From Thermodesulfobacteriota bacterium (lineage in GTDB: Bacteria; Desulfobacterota; Desulfarculia; JACQYL01), in contig CAXXLZ010000001.1 of the NCBI GenBank assembly GCA_963675595.2, positions 416,001 through 480,000 of the forward strand: a stretch of 64,000 nucleotides of DNA. The letters are read 5' to 3'. Shown here one piece after another: positions 59,074-64,000 of the stretch (position 1 is its first letter; every line of letters begins with the position of its first letter). The position numbers were made by a program, and so were the translations under genes. The notes below the pieces were generated by a model that was not told the DNA's origin, did no database searches, and saw nothing but the letters and a program-made list of their open reading frames with translations.

Positions 59074-62067
59074 ATGTCGGCTGACATGAGTCACCGGGAC
59101 ATTGCCGTCATCGGCATGGCGTTTCGTTTGCCCGGAGGAGACGATCCGGAGGTTTTCCGGGATCGGCTTCTTGCGTCGGAAGACTGCCTGGGAACGTGGC
59201 CGGATTCCATCCGCAGCGGTGCGCGGGGTCCCGTGAGGCCTGCCGGAATCATCCAAGGAGTCGACCTGTTCGACGCTGCGTATTTTGGAATCGCTCCTCG
59301 CGAAGCCGCCTTGACGGATCCAAGGCGGCGTTTGGTTCTCGAGATGTCCGCCACCGCGCTGGAGACCTGCGGCTATGGAGGAGATCGTCTTCGAGGTTCC
59401 GACACCGGGGTGTTCCTCGGCGTGAGCAACAATGGAGACTACGGCACCGGGGGCGCCGCCGGGGGCTTGGGAGCACTCAACGTATCGGACGCCATGATCG
59501 CTCACGAGGTGTCCCGATTCTTTGATTTCACGGGACCCAGCCAGGTGGTGGACACCCTCTGTTCTTCGGCCTTGGCGGCGGTGCACCAAGCCTGTTGCGC
59601 CTTGCGGGAAGGTCGTTGCTCAACGGCTCTGGCCGGAGGCGTCAGCCTGCTTCTTTCGGTGAGTCATTTCGAAGCCCTGGAAGGCATGGGACTGCTGTCG
59701 CGATCCGGAAAATGTCGAACCTTCGACGTGGATGCCGACGGATTCGTCCTGGGAGAAGGCGTGGGCGTGTTTCTCCTGAAGTCTTTGAAAGCCGCACTTC
59801 GAGACGGGGACCCGCTTTGGGGCGTGATCAAAGGCGGTGCCGTGGCTTTCAACGGGCGTGGAGAACACCCCTTGGCCCTGCGTGCCGAAGCGGTGGAGCG
59901 AGTGGTGACGCGGGCCATGAGGGACGCGGGGACCGCTCCGGCCGCCATCTCCTTTATCGAAACCGCCGGAACCGGGACCCCCATGGGAGACGCCGCCGAG
60001 GTTCGAGGGCTGCGTTCGGCCTTTGGTTCCGCGGTCGGTAAGGCACCTTTCTGTGGATTGGGAGCCGTGAAGACCCGTGTGGGCAACCTCGAAGCGGCCT
60101 CGGGGATTGCCGCACTGGTAAAGACTTTGTTGATGATGCGGGGGAAATTCATTGCGGCGAACCTGAACTTCCATCGTGTGAATCCGCTTATCCGGCTCAA
60201 AGGATCGCCCTTCCGTCTCTGCAACGAGCTCGACGAATGGACGACGGCCAACCGGGCGCCCAGGAGGGCGGGAGTTTCCGCTTTGGGCATAGGAGGAGCT
60301 CATTACCACCTGATCCTGGAGGAGCCGCCTTCGGAAGGGTTTACCCTGGGACCGAGTCGACCGCGAACATCCGAGCCGCTCTTGCTGTGCCTTTCGGCCG
60401 GGAGCCTTTTCCAACTCAGAGAGCTTTGCCGCAGGTACCGGCGCAGGCTCGAGGATCTTTCGGAATGCACGCCCGAGGAGCTTTGTCACACCCACAACAC
60501 CGGAAGCGGAGATCTGCCGGTTCGGCTGGCCTTGACCGCCCGAGACGGGGAGGAACTTATTGGCCTTCTGAAGCGGGGCGAGTTCGACGACCCCGTGCCC
60601 CGACACGGTTTGGAGGGCATGTTCTTCCACGACGGTTACGCTGGGGATATCCGAAGGAAACGGAACCCCCTCAAAGATCTTCGTTCTCCGAGCGGTGAGG
60701 GCGGGCGGGCCGATCCCGAACGCCTTGCCGGACGAACCGGACTGATTCAGGGTGATTTGGTGTCGTGCGAACATCCCGAGACTGCACTCCAATCCATCGG
60801 CGTTTCGCTCGGTGAATGGGGGGTCAGGGTGGGCCCTTCGATAAGCGCTGCGGCCGGCGACACGCAGCCCGACGCCGAGGCGATGGTGCCGGACCGCCTG
60901 CGCGAATGCGTCTCCCGAGGTATTCGCACTTTTGTAACCATGGGGCTGTCGGACGATTTTCGCAACCGGATTTCGGAAGAGGTGCCGGAAGCGTTTCTGA
61001 TTCCGTGGCCCGGCTCGGGCGCCGATCTTATGGAGCGCAGGCGTCTCGCGGCCGCACTTTACGCACATGGCGCCCGTCTCGATTTCGAAATGCTTCAGGG
61101 GAGCGGCAACCTTCGCAAAGCGATGTTGCCGCCGTACCCTTTTGCCCGGAAATCTTTTTGGAGAACGGCTCCCGATGATGGGCTGCATAAGGCTTCGCCG
61201 GCCGGGACTTGTGCTGCGGAGAGGATTTCACCTGAAGACCTCGCCGGGATGCCCCCATCGGAGTTGAAGGAACGGGTGGAGGGCTTTCTGAGGGAGGCGG
61301 CCTGCGAAAGCGCGGGCTTGGATTGCGGGAAAGAAGAGATCGTGCTCTTCTCGGATTGGTGCTTGGACTCACTGGCGCGCGTTCAACTCGCCCGTCGGGT
61401 CGAGTCTCGGTTCGGAGTCCGCATTGACCTTCAGGCGTTTCTGCGGCATGACCACGTGGCTCTGCTGGCCGAATACGTGGTGGGCCGGATTCGGTATGGG
61501 AGCGTGGAAAAGCCCGTGGAGCCCCGAGAGGATGATCATCGGGCTCGGGTCATCCTGGAGACGGCTTCCGCCGCTCATTGGGAGGCGGTGCGTGCCTGGC
61601 TGAACGACGAGGGAGTCAACCAGTGGCTGGATCCGTTTTTCCAGGAAGGATTCGGCGCTCGAGAATACGCCTACTTCCTGAAACAACGGGATCGGAATAC
61701 CTGGGTCATCGTGGAGGACGGAATTCCGGTGGGAATCTGCGGGCTGGTCCAGGTGGACCTGCGCAACCTCGGCGCGGAAACCTGGATCGTGGTGGGCGAC
61801 CTCTCGGCGCGTCTCAGGGGTGCGGCCGTTGCCGCGGGCGAAGCTTTGTGTGGAAAGGCGTTTCTTGAATTGGGCCTAAGAACCTTGAACGCCAAGGTGA
61901 GATGGGACAATGTTCCCGCCTTGGAAATGACGGAGTACTCGGGTTGGAGGCGGGTGGGCACCCTTAGAAACTCCCTGAAGGTGGGAGATGCCTTCCACGA
62001 CAGGGAGCTTTTCGAACTGACCCGTGAGGATTTCGAGGACCGGCGGAATCGAGGCGAAACTCCATGA
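59074..62067 (+). CDS. AT-less PKS-like protein KS-(AT remnant)-ACP-GNAT; KS non-canonical
   Basis: KS DTLCSS / ETAGTGT / RVGNLE; LPPYPFARKSFW; ACP CLDSLA (Ser 61369); C-terminal RimJ/RimL-like GNAT (AFLELGLRTL.A.V..DN..A...GW..VG.LR). Confidence 0.9.
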   Translation: MSADMSHRDIAVIGMAFRLPGGDDPEVFRDRLLASEDCLGTWPDSIRSGARGPVRPAGIIQGVDLFDAAYFGIAPREAALTDPRRRLVLEMSATALETCGYGGDRLRGSDTGVFLGVSNNGDYGTGGAAGGLGALNVSDAMIAHEVSRFFDFTGPSQVVDTLCSSALAAVHQACCALREGRCSTALAGGVSLLLSVSHFEALEGMGLLSRSGKCRTFDVDADGFVLGEGVGVFLLKSLKAALRDGDPLWGVIKGGAVAFNGRGEHPLALRAEAVERVVTRAMRDAGTAPAAISFIETAGTGTPMGDAAEVRGLRSAFGSAVGKAPFCGLGAVKTRVGNLEAASGIAALVKTLLMMRGKFIAANLNFHRVNPLIRLKGSPFRLCNELDEWTTANRAPRRAGVSALGIGGAHYHLILEEPPSEGFTLGPSRPRTSEPLLLCLSAGSLFQLRELCRRYRRRLEDLSECTPEELCHTHNTGSGDLPVRLALTARDGEELIGLLKRGEFDDPVPRHGLEGMFFHDGYAGDIRRKRNPLKDLRSPSGEGGRADPERLAGRTGLIQGDLVSCEHPETALQSIGVSLGEWGVRVGPSISAAAGDTQPDAEAMVPDRLRECVSRGIRTFVTMGLSDDFRNRISEEVPEAFLIPWPGSGADLMERRRLAAALYAHGARLDFEMLQGSGNLRKAMLPPYPFARKSFWRTAPDDGLHKASPAGTCAAERISPEDLAGMPPSELKERVEGFLREAACESAGLDCGKEEIVLFSDWCLDSLARVQLARRVESRFGVRIDLQAFLRHDHVALLAEYVVGRIRYGSVEKPVEPREDDHRARVILETASAAHWEAVRAWLNDEGVNQWLDPFFQEGFGAREYAYFLKQRDRNTWVIVEDGIPVGICGLVQVDLRNLGAETWIVVGDLSARLRGAAVAAGEALCGKAFLELGLRTLNAKVRWDNVPALEMTEYSGWRRVGTLRNSLKVGDAFHDRELFELTREDFEDRRNRGETP

Positions 62068-63623
62068 ATACCTTGCCGGAGTGCATTCGAGCGGCCGCAG
62101 CAGCGGGCGACAAAGAAGCCCTCGTGTTCGGAAAGGAACGGCTTACTTACGGCGATCTCGATAGGCGTTCGAGCCGTTTGGCCGGACTGCTCCGGCGGGC
62201 CGGGGTGCGCAAAGGAGACCGGGTCGGCCTCGTAATGCCCAATTGCGTGGAGAGTGTCGTTGCATTCACGGCGATCCTCAAGATGGGGGCCGTGGAAGTG
62301 GGATTCCATCTCGAGACATCGGTGGAAACCCTGGCGCGGGCGTTCCGCGAGGTGGACGCATCTCTGGTGATTTGCGCGCGCACGCCGGTCTCCAAGATGA
62401 AAGACCTGATCAGAGCCTTACCCTCCCTCAACTGGGTCATCGACGGCATCCCTCCCGATGTGGGAACAAGCGAGGGAGCATTCATCGACCTGGCGGAGGC
62501 CGAGAGGGAGCACGATGATTTTGATTTCGGCCTGGACGATCCTTCCACTCCCCTTGTCCAGTTTACGTCGGGATCCACGGGAGAGCCCAGGGGCGTCGTG
62601 TTGACCCAGGCCGGGTTTCTCGCCGCGTCGCGGGCCAGGAATGAATTCCTGCATCTGGACCGGGACGACCGGATTCTCGATATTCTCAAACTCTCCCATT
62701 CCTGCGGCAAGTCCCTGCTTTTCGACGCCTTTTACCTGGGGGCCTGTCTCGTGCTGGGTAAAGGACTCGTCCCTCCCTCCGCGTTCATCAAAACGGTGGT
62801 GGGTGAGAAGGTGAGTCTGATTACCGGCCCGCCCTACCTGTTCGAAGTGCTCCTGAAGATTCGCAACGATGTTCGGGTCATGGAAGCGCTGAAGAATTCG
62901 CTGAGATTCCTGGAGGTGGGCATGGCGCATCCATCCGTGAGGCTGCTCAAGGATTTGAGGAGCGTGTTTCCCTGGACGTCTCTGGTGAATCGTTATGGGC
63001 TCACGGAAAATGCCGGTGCGGCTTCTCTCCAGGTTCACGCGTCCGAAGACGGAGACAGGTTTGGGACCATGGGACGCGGCTGTTCCGTCATGCAATTGGA
63101 TCTGGTGGACGAATCCACCGGTCTGCCCTCGGATTCCAACGCGGGCACGATCCGATTGCGAGGCGAGGCTCTCATGCTGGGCTACTGGGACGAATGGAGC
63201 GCGGGACGCAGGACGGATTACGCTGTTTCCGGTTTCGTTACCGGAGACCGGGCCGAAAGGGACTCGGAAGGGTTTTTCTATTTCAAAGGACGCGGCGACC
63301 ATCTGTTGAAAGTGTGCGGGGAACGGATCGCTCCCGAAGAAATCGAGGAAGCGGTCTGCGCACTCCCCGGAATTGCCGAGGTCACGGTTTTCGGTGTGGA
63401 AGACGACTTGACGGGTGACCGAATTGTCTGCCTTTACCGTGCGGCCGGGGAGGTAGCGCCTGAATCGGTCAAGGCTCACTGCGCCCGATCGTTGCCTTCC
63501 TACAAAGTCCCCGCCGTGGTTCTTGTTTCCAGCGAACCCATCCCCCGCACCGCCACCGGAAAGATATCCAGGCGGCTGGCCCGGGAAGCCTACCTGTCCG
63601 GCGGGTATACCGGAGAGGAATGA
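62064..63623 (+). CDS. Class I adenylate-forming enzyme #2
   Basis: QFTSGSTGEPRG, RYGLTE, FVTGD, GERIAPEEIE, PRTATGK; ATGA-coupled to the PKS-like gene. Confidence 0.92.
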   Translation: MNTLPECIRAAAAAGDKEALVFGKERLTYGDLDRRSSRLAGLLRRAGVRKGDRVGLVMPNCVESVVAFTAILKMGAVEVGFHLETSVETLARAFREVDASLVICARTPVSKMKDLIRALPSLNWVIDGIPPDVGTSEGAFIDLAEAEREHDDFDFGLDDPSTPLVQFTSGSTGEPRGVVLTQAGFLAASRARNEFLHLDRDDRILDILKLSHSCGKSLLFDAFYLGACLVLGKGLVPPSAFIKTVVGEKVSLITGPPYLFEVLLKIRNDVRVMEALKNSLRFLEVGMAHPSVRLLKDLRSVFPWTSLVNRYGLTENAGAASLQVHASEDGDRFGTMGRGCSVMQLDLVDESTGLPSDSNAGTIRLRGEALMLGYWDEWSAGRRTDYAVSGFVTGDRAERDSEGFFYFKGRGDHLLKVCGERIAPEEIEEAVCALPGIAEVTVFGVEDDLTGDRIVCLYRAAGEVAPESVKAHCARSLPSYKVPAVVLVSSEPIPRTATGKISRRLAREAYLSGGYTGEE

Positions 63624-63675
63624 AATACTTCCCGCGGCGTATGGGCAAAAAGGGAGTGGTCGATTGAAACGAGGT

Positions 63676-64000
63676 ATGGAAACGGCCCGTCGTTTCTTCC
63701 GTAGCTTCGGCGAGGAACTGGTCATCGGAGGCGTTCCGGCTTCCGAAATCGCGGACATGGCCGGCACCCCGTGTTATGTCTATGATTTGGATCTGATGCG
63801 GCGGAATCTGGAAGGATTGCGGGAAGGATTGGACCCCGCCGTCGAGATTTTCTATTCCGTCAAAGCCAATCCGGCTTTGGCTTTGTGCCGGGAATTCGCG
63901 AAACTCGGCCTGGGGGCCGAAGTGGCCTCGCTTGGAGAACTGGAAACGGCGCTGGAGGCGGGATTCTCTCCGGATCGTATCGTGTTCGCAGGTCCGGGAA
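63676..64000 (+). CDS. PLP-dependent type III decarboxylase (LysA/BtrK-like); partial, runs off the window and is not in the ORF track
   Basis: Manual translation from ATG 63676 (GAGG SD): ...GTPCYVYD...IFYSVKANP...GAEVASLGEL...IVFAGPG. Confidence 0.85.
   Translation, partial: METARRFFRSFGEELVIGGVPASEIADMAGTPCYVYDLDLMRRNLEGLREGLDPAVEIFYSVKANPALALCREFAKLGLGAEVASLGELETALEAGFSPDRIVFAGPG

Noticed and set aside
59620-61188. 522-aa minus-strand ORF (likewise 62418-63767, 44405-45532, 54641-55792, 33963-35000)
   Set aside because: Shadow ORFs opposite well-supported genes
1-64000. CRISPR arrays, tRNA/rRNA genes, prophage or integrase genes
   Set aside because: No spaced short repeats, recognisable structural RNA or phage/integrase motifs found by eye; a covariance-model scan was not possible

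Overview
GC-rich (roughly 58-60%, estimated by eye) bacterial DNA; gene content suggests an anaerobic Desulfobacterota/Syntrophobacterales-like organism (inference). Four blocks. (1) 40-7100, minus strand: an inositol locus (ATP-grasp protein, NTP transferase, HAD phosphatase, myo-inositol-1-phosphate synthase, CDP-alcohol phosphotransferase) with an exact 519-bp tandem duplication, next to a class-3 lipase. (2) 7480-14000: a decayed ISAs1 transposase, a ~1126-aa secreted HEXXH metallopeptidase-like protein and a decaying CCG/Fe-S-VTT fusion gene. (3) 14670-35250: a dense signalling island (3 histidine kinases, 5 stand-alone receivers, 1 sigma54 activator, 2 NarL-type regulators, PilZ protein, SLC13 transporter, two consensus sigma54 promoters) followed by housekeeping-type genes (2-hydroxyacid dehydrogenase, mnmG, GalT-like, divergent CobA/BtuR-like). 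(4) 35866 to beyond 64000, plus strand, the main find: a >28-kb carrier-protein biosynthetic cluster. It holds five cobalamin-dependent radical SAM enzymes, two AT-less PKS-like proteins whose three KS domains all lack catalytic histidines, five ACPs (one resembling the long anammox-type ACP), a radical 2-hydroxyacyl-CoA dehydratase pair, PPTase, GNATs, a Cys-bearing PP-loop enzyme, O-methyltransferase, acyl-CoA dehydrogenase, two AMP ligases, an amidohydrolase and a BtrK/LysA-like decarboxylase. I do not recognise this combination from any characterised cluster. No rRNA, tRNA or CRISPR array was seen. All family calls come from motifs read by eye; no database search was run.
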